A program made the translations under genes and the position numbers. Positions 9,659 to 20,003 of a stretch of 64,000 nt of DNA are shown here, in pieces. The stretch spans positions 352,001 through 416,000 of the forward strand of contig CAVPZX010000002.1 in assembly GCA_963710375.1 (NCBI GenBank), written 5' to 3'. Position 1 is the first letter of the stretch; every line of letters begins with the position of its first letter. Source of the stretch: Nitrospirota bacterium. GTDB taxonomy: Bacteria; Nitrospirota; Thermodesulfovibrionia; Thermodesulfovibrionales; Dissulfurispiraceae. The notes beneath the pieces were generated by a model. That model saw only the letters and a program-made list of their open reading frames with translations. It ran no database searches and was not told the origin of the DNA.

Positions 9659-10710
9659 TATTTTACCCCCATCGTTTTTTTTAAGGCCTCGATAAATAAA
9701 ACGTTTTCCTCAGGAGTACCGACCGTGACCCTTAGCGCTCCCTTTACAGCGGTGTTCATATTCCTTATAAGCACTCCTTGCCTGAGAAGTTTTTGATAAA
9801 CCACATCGGCATCATGGACTTTAAAAAAAATAAAATTGGCTTCGGAAGGATATGGACGCGCACCGGGAATGTTTAATAGCGCCTCATAGAGCCGTTCCCG
9901 CTCTGAGATTATCGCCTTTACAGGTCCGCTCAGCGAACTCCCCAGGAGTGCCGCCTCTGCCACCGCCTGTGAAAGAGCATTAAGATTAAAGGGAAGCCTC
10001 ACTTTGTCAATTTCCCTTATCAGCGCACTGTCCGCAACCAAATAGCCTACCCGTAAAGATGCCAACCCTATTTTGCTCAAGGTCCTCAAGATAACGAGCT
10101 GATTGTAATCCTTCATCATGGGAAGAAAGCCTTTCCTGCTCGAAAAAGGCTGATAAGCTTCATCAAGTACCACAATGCCCTTTGCCATATCGACAATCTT
10201 CAGAATTCTGTCTGAGGAGAAACAGTTCCCTGTGGGATTGTTGGGAGAACTGAGGAATATGAGTTTAGGCCTGTATTCTTTTATAGAGGCAGCCATCTTA
10301 TCCACATTCAGATCATAGTCCCTGTCCAGCGGGATGCCTATATGTCTTTCTCCCAGCGCCTGGGCAATAATGCCATACATGGAAAATGTCGGCACAGGAT
10401 ACAGTACAGGCCCGCCGAAGGTAATTATCAGGTAATAAATAAGTTCGTCAGAACCGTTACCTAAAAGAATGGCATCGGTATCGGTCCCGATTTTTCGTGC
10501 AATGGCCCTTTTTAATCCCTTTGCTTCGGGGTCTGGATAGCGGTTTAGAGTTTCTGCAGCAATCTTTTCAATTACACCCTTTGAGGCACTGAAAGGATAT
10601 GGGCTCTCGTTGGCATCGAGCTTAACGGCACAGCGGATATCGTTGGCCTGATAGGGCTGCAACGTCCTGATATTCTTACGCACAAGCTCTGAAAAAACCG
10701 GCTTTTTCAT
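9658..10710 (-). CDS. hisC: Histidinol-phosphate aminotransferase
   Basis: LDANESP, NRYPDP, GNGSDELI, PNNPTG, DEAY, RTLSK. Confidence 0.95.
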   Translation of the reverse strand: MKKPVFSELVRKNIRTLQPYQANDIRCAVKLDANESPYPFSASKGVIEKIAAETLNRYPDPEAKGLKRAIARKIGTDTDAILLGNGSDELIYYLIITFGGPVLYPVPTFSMYGIIAQALGERHIGIPLDRDYDLNVDKMAASIKEYRPKLIFLSSPNNPTGNCFSSDRILKIVDMAKGIVVLDEAYQPFSSRKGFLPMMKDYNQLVILRTLSKIGLASLRVGYLVADSALIREIDKVRLPFNLNALSQAVAEAALLGSSLSGPVKAIISERERLYEALLNIPGARPYPSEANFIFFKVHDADVVYQKLLRQGVLIRNMNTAVKGALRVTVGTPEENVLFIEALKKTMGVK

Positions 10711-10756
10711 CAGCTTTTATAATATAGAGCGCAAAAAGGCCTTGTCAATCGGCTAA

Positions 10757-10898
10757 AAGTGAATGGTGAATAGTGAATAGTGAAAAGTAAATAGTAGAAT
10801 CGTTGTTTTTCATTTCACTTTTTATTTATTGCTGCATTTCACATCGTACTATTTCTTCTTACTTTTTTCTATTCACTATTCACGATTCACTATTCACG
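10757..10898. repeat. Palindromic element of tandem heptamers (GTGAATA / TATTCAC)
   Basis: gtgaatg gtgaata gtgaata gtgaaaa ... tattcac tattcac gattcac tattcac. Confidence 0.85.
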
Positions 10899-10969
10899 TA
10901 TTGAGGGGGTTGATAAGAAAACCACGTTTTTTGTATACTTTTTAACTTGTTACCTATTTGGTCACTTTC

Positions 10970-10998
10970 TTGACAATAAATGGGTAAATTGTTAGAAT
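10970..10998 (+). promoter_or_regulatory. Sigma70 promoter of the rpsU-dnaG-rpoD operon
   Basis: TTGACA-N17-TAGAAT upstream of rpsU. Confidence 0.7.
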
Positions 10999-11032
10999 CA
11001 ATGAAATTTCCTATAGAGAGGGGGGGATAGAG

Positions 11033-11233
11033 GTGCCCTCTGTTAAAGTAAAAGATATCGAATCACTCGAATCCGCGCTTAAACAGTTTAAAAAACAATG
11101 CGAGCGCGACGGCGTACTTTCGGATATAAAGAAAAAAGAGCATTACGACAAGCCGAGCGTAAAGAAAAAGAAAAAAGTTCTGGCTGCTCGTAAAAAAGCT
11201 GCAAAGCGCGTAAGAACGTTCTCGGCGAGGTAA
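11033..11233 (+). CDS. rpsU: 30S ribosomal protein S21
   Basis: [19 protein letters not shown], basic tail; position in the MMS operon. Confidence 0.95.
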   Translation: MPSVKVKDIESLESALKQFKKQCERDGVLSDIKKKEHYDKPSVKKKKKVLAARKKAAKRVRTFSAR

Positions 11234-11264
11234 TCTGCCCTTTCCTCTTGGGGCGGGGAGAGGC

Positions 11265-11723
11265 TTGATGGAGACTATTCCGCAACGTTTAGATGCAGAA
11301 CTCAAGGAGGCCTTGAAGTCCCGCAACGAACTGAAGCTTTCAGTTATCAGGATGCTCAAGGCCTCTTTAAAAAATAAAGAAATCGAAAAGATGGGTTCCC
11401 TCTCCGATGAGGAGATCATCTCTGTTTTGTCGTCCATGGCAAAACAGAGGAGAGACTCAATAGAGCAATTCGCCGCAGCCGGCAGATCAGACCTCGCTGA
11501 AAAAGAAACAAAAGAACTGGAGATAGTCCGGTCTTACCTACCGGCACAACTTTCGCCTGAAGAGCTTGACAGGATTATTTATTCTGCAATCAGGGAATGC
11601 AATGCATTGACGCCGGGTGACATGGGCAAGGTCATGAAGATTGTTGCGCCGCTGACAAAAGGAACAGCCGATGGCAAGGTTGTCAGCCAGCGGGTTAAAG
11701 AGCTTTTAGGATCTGCCCCTTAA
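11265..11723 (+). CDS. GatB/YqeY domain protein
   Basis: KQRRDSIEQF, YLPAQLS, DMGKVM, ADGK. Confidence 0.93.
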   Translation: MMETIPQRLDAELKEALKSRNELKLSVIRMLKASLKNKEIEKMGSLSDEEIISVLSSMAKQRRDSIEQFAAAGRSDLAEKETKELEIVRSYLPAQLSPEELDRIIYSAIRECNALTPGDMGKVMKIVAPLTKGTADGKVVSQRVKELLGSAP

Positions 11724-11790
11724 TACTTTTTACGGATGTTCTGAAAACGCCTGCCTGGAGCATTTAGTTGATTTTTTTATAGGGGATGGG

Positions 11791-13500
11791 GTGATGAATA
11801 GCGACCGTACAATTGATGAAATTAAGACAAAAATAGATATCGTTAACCTGATCTCCGAACACGTGAGCCTCAAGAGGGCAGGACAGAATTTTAAAGGGCT
11901 GTGTCCGTTCCACGCAGAAAAAACCCCCTCTTTCATGGTAAACCCTTCAAAACAGATATGCCACTGCTTCGGCTGTGGCAAAGGCGGCGATATTTTTGCC
12001 TTCACAATGCATTACGAGAACATGAATTTTCAAGAGGCGGTATCATACCTTGCAAGCAAGGCTGGAATAAAAATAGAACCTTTCAGGGACGGACCAGCCT
12101 ACAGCAAAGGAATCAAAGAAAGCATTTTCGCAATCCACAAAGAGGCGCTGCAATTCTTTAAAAACAACCTGAGTTCGTCCGGCAGCGCAAATGCATACCT
12201 CAGGGAGCGTGGCCTAAGCAGTGAGATCATAGAGAAATTCTCTATCGGTTACAGCACAGGCATGCGAGATCCACTTTTCAGCCATCTCAAGAATCAGTCA
12301 TTCACCATGGAGCAGATCAAGGCCTCCGGCCTTGTCTACTTCAGCGAAAACGGTGTCCATGATTTCTTTCGGGACAGGATTATGTTCCCTATTTTCGACC
12401 TTCAGGGGAGGCCTGTTGCGTTCGGCGGAAGAAAGCTCTCGACGTCTGAGAATATTCCAAAATATCTTAACTCCCCTGATCATATACTATTCAAAAAAGG
12501 GGAATCCTGCTACGGCATACACTTAGCAAAAAATACCATTACGCAAAAAGGTTACTCTATTGTAGTGGAAGGCTATCTCGATGCGATTATGTGTCATCAG
12601 CATGCCTTCAATAATACGATAGCGCCTCTTGGAACTGCTCTTACCGCAAGTCATCTGAAAAAACTCAAGCGGTTCTCTGCCAAAGTCCTCCTGCTTTTTG
12701 ACGGAGACCCGGCAGGGATATCGGCAACCAAGAGGTCGCTGGAACTTATATATACTGAAGGGATGTCAGCCAAGATCGTTACGCTCCCCGAAAAAGAGGA
12801 TCCGGACACCTTTCTAAGAAAGCACGGAGCAGACTACTTCAGGCAATACATTGGGAAAGCGGTTACCCCTGTGGAATTCCTGCTCAAATTATACGGCAAG
12901 AACAAAATGGATGGTGTGCGTTACGCCTTGTCGTTGATTCTATCCTGTCCCGATTCATTGCAACGTGAAGAAACGCTGAGGGAACTATCCAGCCTGTCGG
13001 GATATGACGAACTGACGCTGCGGCAGGAATTGAAAAACAGCAGGAAGCCGGCGAGCCATGGAGAGCGCGAAGGCTCCGGAATTAAAAACTACAGCGAACC
13101 AATAAGCAAAGAGGAAGAAATACTTTTGAGCATTATTGTCCTTGTACCGGAAAAACGTGATGACATCCTGCACAACCTTGATCCAGAAAGCATGGGTCCG
13201 TATTCCACGCGGGGACTGTTCGATAAGATCAAGCGTTTTCTGGCTGAAACCGGCAAGGGCAATCTGCTCTCGACTGATTTCATGGCACTTTGCAACAGTG
13301 ACGAACAGGCGCTCATCACGAAACTCTCTGTCGATTCAGAGATAGACACGGATAATATCAATGCAATGATAAAAGACTGTTTAAAAACAATCTCCAGAAA
13401 AGGGATCACCCGGGAGATCGAACTGGCGGAAAAGGCCGGCGATGAGAAACTTTTATTTTCTCTCCTTGGAAGGAAGAAAACTCTTACGGAAAGCCTGTGA
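11791..13500 (+). CDS. dnaG: DNA primase
   Basis: CPFH.EKTPSF..CHCFGC zinc finger, KYLNSP, VEGYLD, FDGD.AG TOPRIM. Confidence 0.97.
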   Translation: MMNSDRTIDEIKTKIDIVNLISEHVSLKRAGQNFKGLCPFHAEKTPSFMVNPSKQICHCFGCGKGGDIFAFTMHYENMNFQEAVSYLASKAGIKIEPFRDGPAYSKGIKESIFAIHKEALQFFKNNLSSSGSANAYLRERGLSSEIIEKFSIGYSTGMRDPLFSHLKNQSFTMEQIKASGLVYFSENGVHDFFRDRIMFPIFDLQGRPVAFGGRKLSTSENIPKYLNSPDHILFKKGESCYGIHLAKNTITQKGYSIVVEGYLDAIMCHQHAFNNTIAPLGTALTASHLKKLKRFSAKVLLLFDGDPAGISATKRSLELIYTEGMSAKIVTLPEKEDPDTFLRKHGADYFRQYIGKAVTPVEFLLKLYGKNKMDGVRYALSLILSCPDSLQREETLRELSSLSGYDELTLRQELKNSRKPASHGEREGSGIKNYSEPISKEEEILLSIIVLVPEKRDDILHNLDPESMGPYSTRGLFDKIKRFLAETGKGNLLSTDFMALCNSDEQALITKLSVDSEIDTDNINAMIKDCLKTISRKGITREIELAEKAGDEKLLFSLLGRKKTLTESL

Positions 13501-13551
13501 AGCACTATTCTTATTCTATAATTACTTATTACCTTAAAGAAGGAGGGAATA

Positions 13552-14997
13552 TTGAAAAAGCATTTTAATCTTTCCGATGATGACTTGGAAGAACATAATG
13601 CGGACTACACCGTGACCGGAATCGAGGAAATAGCAGCGATAGAAAGCACGGTTCCGGTGGATGCTGAAAGAATAAACGAATCTATCGAACAGGAGTATGA
13701 TCCGTTAAGGGCTTACCTGAAAGGCATAAGCATGATCCCCCTTCTGACCAAAGAAGGAGAAATTACAATTGCCAAAAAGATAGAAACTTGTAAATTCAAA
13801 ATATGCAGCACAATTTTTACCATACCTTTTCTCCTTGACAAGCTGGTAAGGCTTGGCAGGCTTGTGAAGAAAGGAGAAGCTCCGCTTTCAGAATTTATTC
13901 AGGACGGTGAAGACCTGTCGGAAGAAGAGATCCAGGTGGAGAAAGAACGGTTCTCAAAAATTACAGAGTCGATCAATGTCATCCTCAGCAGAAAAAAGAC
14001 ACAAGAACACAGACTTGATGCACGAATATCCCAGGACGACAAACTTCGCATTCTTAAAAAAATTCAGAAACTCAACTTAAAGAACGATGTAGTAAAGGCC
14101 TTTGCAGAGGAATTAAAGAAGATGTGGGAGCATGTTGAGCGCTACAGGACCTCCGATATAAAGCGATACAGGAGTGAGATCAAAATATTGGAATCCAGTC
14201 TTGGACTTCGCGCCACTGAAATAAGCAGGACCATCAAAGAACTGGAATTATCAGAAATAGAGCTGGCCCTCGCAAAGGGACAACTTATAGAGTCTAACCT
14301 CAGGCTGGTCATTAGCATTGCAAAACGGTATATGGGAAAGGGATTAAGCCTTGGGGACCTTATCCAGGAAGGCAATATCGGTCTCATGAGGGCGGTTGAC
14401 AAGTTCGAGTATCAGAGAGGGTACAAATTCAGCACCTATGCTACCTGGTGGATACGGCAGGCAATCAGCCGTGCCATAGCAGACCAGTCAAGAGTAATCA
14501 GAATCCCGGTACATATGATAGAGAATATAAACAAGGTCAATAAAATCACCAAGGAGTTTGTGCAGGAACTGGGAGTCGAGCCTACACCGGAAGATATAGC
14601 AAAGCGTTTAAAGATGCCGCTTGATAAGGTCAAAAATATTCTGAAAATATCTAAAGAGCCAATTTCTATTGAAACACCGATCGGCGACGAAGAAGATACC
14701 ATGCTAAAAGACTTTATTGAGGACAAGTCAAACCTCTCCCCGCTGGAACTGGTTATCCGTGAAGATCTGAAGGCGCTCATTGACAACATGCTTTGCAAAC
14801 TATCCCCCAAAGAAGAACTTGTCATAAGAAAGCGGTTCGGGATAGGCGAGGAATCCCCTCAGACGCTTGAAGATGTCGGCCAGGCATTTGATGTTACAAG
14901 AGAGCGCATCAGGCAAATACAAGTCAAGGCAATAAAAAAATTAAAAGCATCCCTCAAGGACCAAAAGTGGCTTAAGCATTTCCTCGGAAGCTCTTGA
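13552..14997 (+). CDS. rpoD: RNA polymerase sigma-70 factor (RpoD-type)
   Basis: [44 protein letters not shown]; downstream of dnaG. Confidence 0.92.
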   Translation: MKKHFNLSDDDLEEHNADYTVTGIEEIAAIESTVPVDAERINESIEQEYDPLRAYLKGISMIPLLTKEGEITIAKKIETCKFKICSTIFTIPFLLDKLVRLGRLVKKGEAPLSEFIQDGEDLSEEEIQVEKERFSKITESINVILSRKKTQEHRLDARISQDDKLRILKKIQKLNLKNDVVKAFAEELKKMWEHVERYRTSDIKRYRSEIKILESSLGLRATEISRTIKELELSEIELALAKGQLIESNLRLVISIAKRYMGKGLSLGDLIQEGNIGLMRAVDKFEYQRGYKFSTYATWWIRQAISRAIADQSRVIRIPVHMIENINKVNKITKEFVQELGVEPTPEDIAKRLKMPLDKVKNILKISKEPISIETPIGDEEDTMLKDFIEDKSNLSPLELVIREDLKALIDNMLCKLSPKEELVIRKRFGIGEESPQTLEDVGQAFDVTRERIRQIQVKAIKKLKASLKDQKWLKHFLGSS

Positions 14998-15057
14998 CTC
15001 AGAGCTTAATTTTCTTATATAGTAAAAGACTTTAGACATTAGTTTCAAATGTTTAAA

Positions 15058-15133
15058 GGGCCCATAGCTCAGTTGGTAGAGCTACCGGCTCATAACCGGT
15101 TGGTCCCAGGTTCGAGTCCTGGTGGGCCCACCA
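15058..15133 (+). tRNA. tRNA with CAT anticodon, most likely tRNA-Ile2 (lysidine) rather than Met
   Basis: Cloverleaf GGGCCCA/TGGGCCC acceptor, anticodon arm ACCGG-CTCATAA-CCGGT, TTCGAGT T-loop, encoded CCA; no initiator C1:A72 mismatch; position after rpoD as for E. coli ileX. Confidence 0.9.
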
Positions 15134-15145
15134 TAGTTAAGAAAG

Positions 15146-15240
15146 CGTGAAACGTGAATCGTGAAACGTGAATGGGTAAGAGCCAAAGAAGAAAGTAGAT
15201 TTTGTGCTTCTGTTCACGACTCACGTTTCACGACTCACGA
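15146..15240. repeat. Palindromic element of tandem heptamers (CGTGAAW / WYTCACG-like)
   Basis: cgtgaaa cgtgaat cgtgaaa cgtgaat ... ttcacg actcacg tttcacg actcacg. Confidence 0.85.
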
Positions 15241-15263
15241 TTCGTTCTTTATGGAGGGTAGAG

Positions 15264-16028
15264 GTGAACGAACAATTATTCCTGCTTATAGAACTTCAAA
15301 AGCTTGATACTGTCATACTCGCGCTGCATTCTAAAATTGATTTGATGCCCGGCACCATTGCTGCCAGTGAGGGGCCGCTAAAAAAATCCGAGGCATCTTT
15401 TGAAAACCTGAAGCAGGGCTTCGCAGCCATGGAAAAGAAAAAGAGAGACAGGGAGCAGGCTATCGAGGAAGTCAATCAAAAAATCAAAAAGCTGACTCAA
15501 AGGACCTCTGAGATTAAAAACAATAAAGAGTACCAGGCCCACCTTAAAGAGATAGAAAAAGCTGAAAAGGACCTTAAATCAGCCGAAGACGAATTGCTTG
15601 ATGCTATCGTGTCTATCGAAAAATCCTCAAAGTTACTCGCCGCCGACAAGTCCAGTATAGCAGAGGAACGCTCAAAGTTAGATGTGATTAAGCAGGAAAT
15701 AGAAAAGGCCATTGCCCTTGACAGACAAGAGTTGAAAAAACTTAAGGTTGCCAGAAAAAAATTCATTGAAAAACTTGAAAAACTGGACCCTGACATATAT
15801 GGCAGGTATATTGCCACCATGAAATCAGGACGCGGGCTTGCCGTTGTAGAGGCAAAAAATGAGATCTGCCAGGGATGCAATCTCCATATCCCGCCTCAGA
15901 TGTTCGTTGAATTGAAGAAAAATGAAGAGATAACCCTCTGTCCTCAGTGCAGACGAATACTGTACTATAATAATGCTGATGTTTCCCCCACAGAGGCTCA
16001 AGACGAAGGGCTAAAGGCTAAAGGCTAA
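15264..16028 (+). CDS. Coiled-coil protein with C4-type zinc ribbon (DUF164-like)
   Basis: LIELQKLD start, long coiled coil, CQGC..IPPQ..CPQCRRILY; GTG at 15264 after GGAGG. Confidence 0.9.
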   Translation: MNEQLFLLIELQKLDTVILALHSKIDLMPGTIAASEGPLKKSEASFENLKQGFAAMEKKKRDREQAIEEVNQKIKKLTQRTSEIKNNKEYQAHLKEIEKAEKDLKSAEDELLDAIVSIEKSSKLLAADKSSIAEERSKLDVIKQEIEKAIALDRQELKKLKVARKKFIEKLEKLDPDIYGRYIATMKSGRGLAVVEAKNEICQGCNLHIPPQMFVELKKNEEITLCPQCRRILYYNNADVSPTEAQDEGLKAKG

Positions 16029-16124
16029 AGGCAAAGGGCAAAAATATAAAACGGATGGTTTCCATATTTTTTGGCCTTCGCTTTTTATTCTAACCTTTAG
16101 CCCTTCGCCTTTTGCCTTTTGCCC
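16008..16124. repeat. Palindromic element of tandem heptamers (GGCTAAA / TTTTGCC)
   Basis: ggctaaa x3, ggcaaag, ggcaaaa ... tttagcc cttcgcc ttttgcc ttttgcc. Confidence 0.85.
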
Positions 16125-16192
16125 CATTTTTTCATTTTTCGCTTTTATTTACTTATAAATTAATTTTATGGTAAACTATCACCTATAACGCT

Positions 16193-17098
16193 ATGGAAGA
16201 CCATAAACTAAAAGTTTTTTGCACAGTTGCCGAGACAAAAAGTTTTTCAAAGACGTCTCAAATTATTCACCTGACCCAGCCTGCGGTGAGCCTTCAGATT
16301 CAAGCCCTTGAGGAACAATATGAAACAAAACTCTTTGACCGCTCGAGCAGTTCCATCAACCTTACTTCCGCAGGGGAAGTGCTGTACAGTTATTCCAAAA
16401 ATATCCTTGCTCAGTATGCCGAACTCGAAAAGGAAATAGGTAAAATAACAGGGCTTATCAAAGGAAGCATAACTATAGGAGCCAGTACAACCATAGGCAA
16501 CTACATTCTTCCCAGCATTGTCTTCAATTTCAAGAAGGCTCATCCTAAGATCAAAATGAGCATACTGATCAGAAATACTAACAGGGTGCTTGATCTCCTG
16601 ACTTCAGGCGTCGTAGACTTCGGGCTTGTTGAAGGTGAAACAACCAGGAGTAAAATTAAGGTCGAGACCTTGCTCACCGATGAACTTGTCTTCATAGTCC
16701 CGGCCATGCACCCATTGGCAAAGAAGAAGTCCATTTCAATCCTTGAACTCATGAAAGAGCCGTTTATTATCCGTGAGGAAGGTTCCGGGACCCGCCATAT
16801 AATAGAAAAGTATCTAGCATCACACGGAATTAAAATTTCCGATCTGCACATTGTCCTCGTTCTGGGTGGTACCGAATCAATAAAAGATGCGGTTGAACGG
16901 GGGATGGGCATCTCAATCGTATCGCGATGGGCTGCACGGAAGGAAGTACAATTCGGCACCCTAAAATACGTTACCGCCAAAGAAGACCGTATACAAAGGG
17001 ACTTCTCTCTGGTAATGCCGAAGAATGCAGTATTCTCTCACGCCGTAGATGAGTTCCTGACCTACCTCAAGGCGTACCCCTTCGAGATGCTGCTTTAG
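16193..17098 (+). CDS. LysR family regulator (CysL/selenium-metabolism-associated type)
   Basis: SFSK....HLTQPAVS.QI HTH, GASTTIG, REEGSGTR. Confidence 0.92.
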   Translation: MEDHKLKVFCTVAETKSFSKTSQIIHLTQPAVSLQIQALEEQYETKLFDRSSSSINLTSAGEVLYSYSKNILAQYAELEKEIGKITGLIKGSITIGASTTIGNYILPSIVFNFKKAHPKIKMSILIRNTNRVLDLLTSGVVDFGLVEGETTRSKIKVETLLTDELVFIVPAMHPLAKKKSISILELMKEPFIIREEGSGTRHIIEKYLASHGIKISDLHIVLVLGGTESIKDAVERGMGISIVSRWAARKEVQFGTLKYVTAKEDRIQRDFSLVMPKNAVFSHAVDEFLTYLKAYPFEMLL

Positions 17099-18671
17099 TC
17101 AGTCCATTAGGGCTAAGCCAGGCAAAAAGATTATTCCGGTCCTCCAATTCGCGCAGCATAGCCATGTCATTGTCAGCGCCTTCAGCCATCGAGAGGAGCC
17201 GGTTGAAATTATGGATATGGCTGCACACTCTTCTTTCCGCATATTCGGATGCCCTGTCTTTCTCAATAAGGAATGGCCAATCGCTGGACTGTGCCAGCAA
17301 CATCTCTTTCGCCGCCTGGTTGAAGATCCGCTGCATCAACGTGGCCCGTCGGCCCACACTCTGACCTTTTTCCTTTAAGCGCGCCAATCGCCCTGACATT
17401 GAATGGAGGTGTCTGTAAAGATAATGGTTCCGTTCGCCTATCCAGACGGCATTGTACCCTCCTTCACCCCAGCTCGAGGGATGCAAAACAATATTATTGC
17501 CTGCCGAATATGCCGCATTGCATTCCCCTGGAGTGGCCAAACGAACGGTCCTGCTGTCAAACAATTTTCTCACCGTTATATCAAGCCAGCAGATCCCCTC
17601 GAACCACCAGTGCCCGAAGAGTTCCGCATCAAAGGCAGAGAAAATAACAGGGCTGAACCCATGGCCGCAGAGCCGCTGCACCTGAGATTCCATGCTCTCC
17701 CTGAAGTGGGCCGCATGCTCAATGGCCCTCTGCATCGCTATTACCCTGTCATAAGGTAGCTTTGCATCTGTAGCTCCTGTGACCCTGTAATACTTCATTC
17801 CGGTGAAAAGTTTCAACTCACCGGAATGAAGAAATTGATCGAGATACCCGGCAGGAAGGTCAAATCCAATGTCACGGTAGAAATCCCTGTAGTATGGGTC
17901 TCCGGGATAACCTTCCGTTGCACTCCATACCTGTCCGGCTGATTTAAAATCTCTGCCGAATACCTGTAACCCTGAAGGCGCACTCACCGGTCTAAAAATA
18001 CTGTGTTCCGGACGGGGGTCTCCAAGCAGTATGCCGTGTGACTCCAAAAAGAAATAGCGTATGCCTGCATCTTTCAGAAAAAAATCGACCCCCTTGAAAT
18101 AACCGCATTCAGGCAGCCAGAAGCCGGACGGATCTCTACCGAAATTTTTAATATAGCTCTTAATGCCTATGCCGATCTGATCTCTTACGATGTCAGGATA
18201 TGCTTCGAAGGCAGGCAGAAATGCATGTGTTGCGGCGGTAGCTACAATCTCAATGTGGCCTTCATCCTGAAGCTGCCTGAAAGCAGCGACCAGATCGCAC
18301 CCATAGCACCCCGTATATAAACTCAACACCGCCTTGAAGTGTTTATTATATAGCTCTGCCGTAGGTCCAAAGAGTGAACTTCCGGTTCTTACCACTTCGG
18401 CTTCGGAAAGCGCAATTAGATTTTCCATATGCCTTACAAACCGTTTTCTTAGAAGGCCGTCATTGAGCATTTCCGCCAGTGTCGGACTTATTGAAAAGGT
18501 AAGCTGCGGGCTTATCCCGTCATTTACCATCCGTTCCAGCATATCAAGCATGGGCACATAGGTTTCCCTTATTGCCTCGAAAAGCCAGTTTTCTTCAATG
18601 CAATACTCGTGCTCCGGATGTCTTACAAAAGGGAGATGAGCGTGAAGCAGGAGGACAAGCGCGCCGTTCAC
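17067..18671 (-). CDS. GH57 1,4-alpha-glucan branching enzyme-like protein (DUF1957)
   Basis: HAHLPFVRHP, GFWLPEC, FDAELFGHWWFEG, AQSSDWPF. Confidence 0.92.
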   Translation of the reverse strand: MNGALVLLLHAHLPFVRHPEHEYCIEENWLFEAIRETYVPMLDMLERMVNDGISPQLTFSISPTLAEMLNDGLLRKRFVRHMENLIALSEAEVVRTGSSLFGPTAELYNKHFKAVLSLYTGCYGCDLVAAFRQLQDEGHIEIVATAATHAFLPAFEAYPDIVRDQIGIGIKSYIKNFGRDPSGFWLPECGYFKGVDFFLKDAGIRYFFLESHGILLGDPRPEHSIFRPVSAPSGLQVFGRDFKSAGQVWSATEGYPGDPYYRDFYRDIGFDLPAGYLDQFLHSGELKLFTGMKYYRVTGATDAKLPYDRVIAMQRAIEHAAHFRESMESQVQRLCGHGFSPVIFSAFDAELFGHWWFEGICWLDITVRKLFDSRTVRLATPGECNAAYSAGNNIVLHPSSWGEGGYNAVWIGERNHYLYRHLHSMSGRLARLKEKGQSVGRRATLMQRIFNQAAKEMLLAQSSDWPFLIEKDRASEYAERRVCSHIHNFNRLLSMAEGADNDMAMLRELEDRNNLFAWLSPNGLTKAASRRGTP

Positions 18672-19705
18672 TTTACGATAATGCTCCCGGAGCCTTTCTC
18701 CACCCTGCCGATGACCGAAAAGAAGAGGGAAGAGCCTTCAAAGGCTTTGATATGGTCCTCGCCAACGGTGAATAAAAGTCCGCCGGAAGTTTGCGGGTCG
18801 GAAAGCAGAAGCTTGCTCTCATAACTGACGCTGGAAGAAAAAACCACTTTGCCTTCGGAATAATCCAGATTTTTGTAAGCGCCTTCGGGGACCATGCCTC
18901 TGTCTATCATTTCCAGAACATGTTCAAGCACGGGTACGCGCGAGTTCTCTATAACAAAATCCACTGCCGCATTCCTGACCATGTTGTATGCATGGCCGAG
19001 AAGTCCAAATCCGGTTACATCCGTACAGGCAGTTGCGCCTGTGGAAGAAGCTAGGAAAGATGCTTTGTCATTCAGTGTTAGCATCCACTCAATCGCCGGT
19101 CCCATCGCCTCATCCGTAAGCTTGCGCCCTTTGAGTGCAGTAGCGAGTATGCCCACACCAAGAGGTTTAGTAAGGATGATCATATCCCCTTCAGCCGCGC
19201 CCGACACCTTGAGTATATTGTTCCTGTCAACAATGCCCATTACCGAAAGGCCGAATCTAAGCTCGGGATCCTCAAAACTGTGCCCGCCAATAAGCCGGGC
19301 ACCTGCCCTTCCAAGCGTATGCAACGCTCCCCTCAGTATTTCTTTCAGGACAACAGTCTCATAATCACATGACGAGAAACCCACTATAGCCATCGCAGTG
19401 ACGGGCCTTCCTCCCATGGCATACACGTCGCTGATAGAATTGTTGGCGCTTATGGCACCAAAGGTGAAGGGGTCGTTTACCACTGGGGTTATAACATCCA
19501 CGGTTTCAACGACTGCGGTATCGCCGATAAGAGTGATACCGGCATCATCCCCCGGGCCTATCAACACAACAGGAGAGTCCTTGCCGCTCCCGGGCGTGGC
19601 GTCCTCATAATCATGGAGCGCAGCTATTATCTGTTCCAGGTCCGCCGGACCCATTTTAGACGCTCAGCCCGCGGCCCTTACTTTTTCCGTCAATCGATAA
19701 TCCAT
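18668..19705 (-). CDS. selD: Selenide, water dikinase, selenocysteine-containing (UGA at codon 14)
   Basis: In-frame extension MDYRLTEKVRAAG-U-ASKMGPADL; DDAG, SDVYAMGG, GGHS, TDVTGFGL, DPQTSGGLL. Confidence 0.95.
19637..19653 (-). promoter_or_regulatory. SECIS-like hairpin of selD
   Basis: UGGGUCC-GGC-GGACCUG starting about 10-11 nt after the UGA, G-rich apex. Confidence 0.65.
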
Positions 19706-20003
19706 TTACTTATTATACCTCAAGGGCTCCGATAAACAACTTGCCCCTCCCGATCCCTTCCATACGATAGTTGACAAAGCTGGCCGCATTATGTAATTCT
19801 AATTACGGGAGTTCGCCCGTTCAAGCTTTGCGCAACAAGAAATCACTGAGGAAACTTGAGCAATAGAATCCGGAAAGTACTCTGATATTATCCATCCTTA
19901 ATCAGGGGTAACCCATAAATTAAAGATTGTTACCGGGAACATATCAATAAAAATGAATCCGCTGCTGCCATTTGCAGCCATTTGAGCTTTTAAGGCTTTT
20001 ATC

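Noticed and set aside
10757..10898. Short repeats considered as a CRISPR array (also the other heptamer elements)
   Set aside because: Units are 6-7 bp, contiguous and inverted, with no unique spacers and no cas genes.
19771..20003. Long rho leader as a separate ncRNA or riboswitch
   Set aside because: No recognisable conserved motif; long leaders are expected for rho autoregulation.
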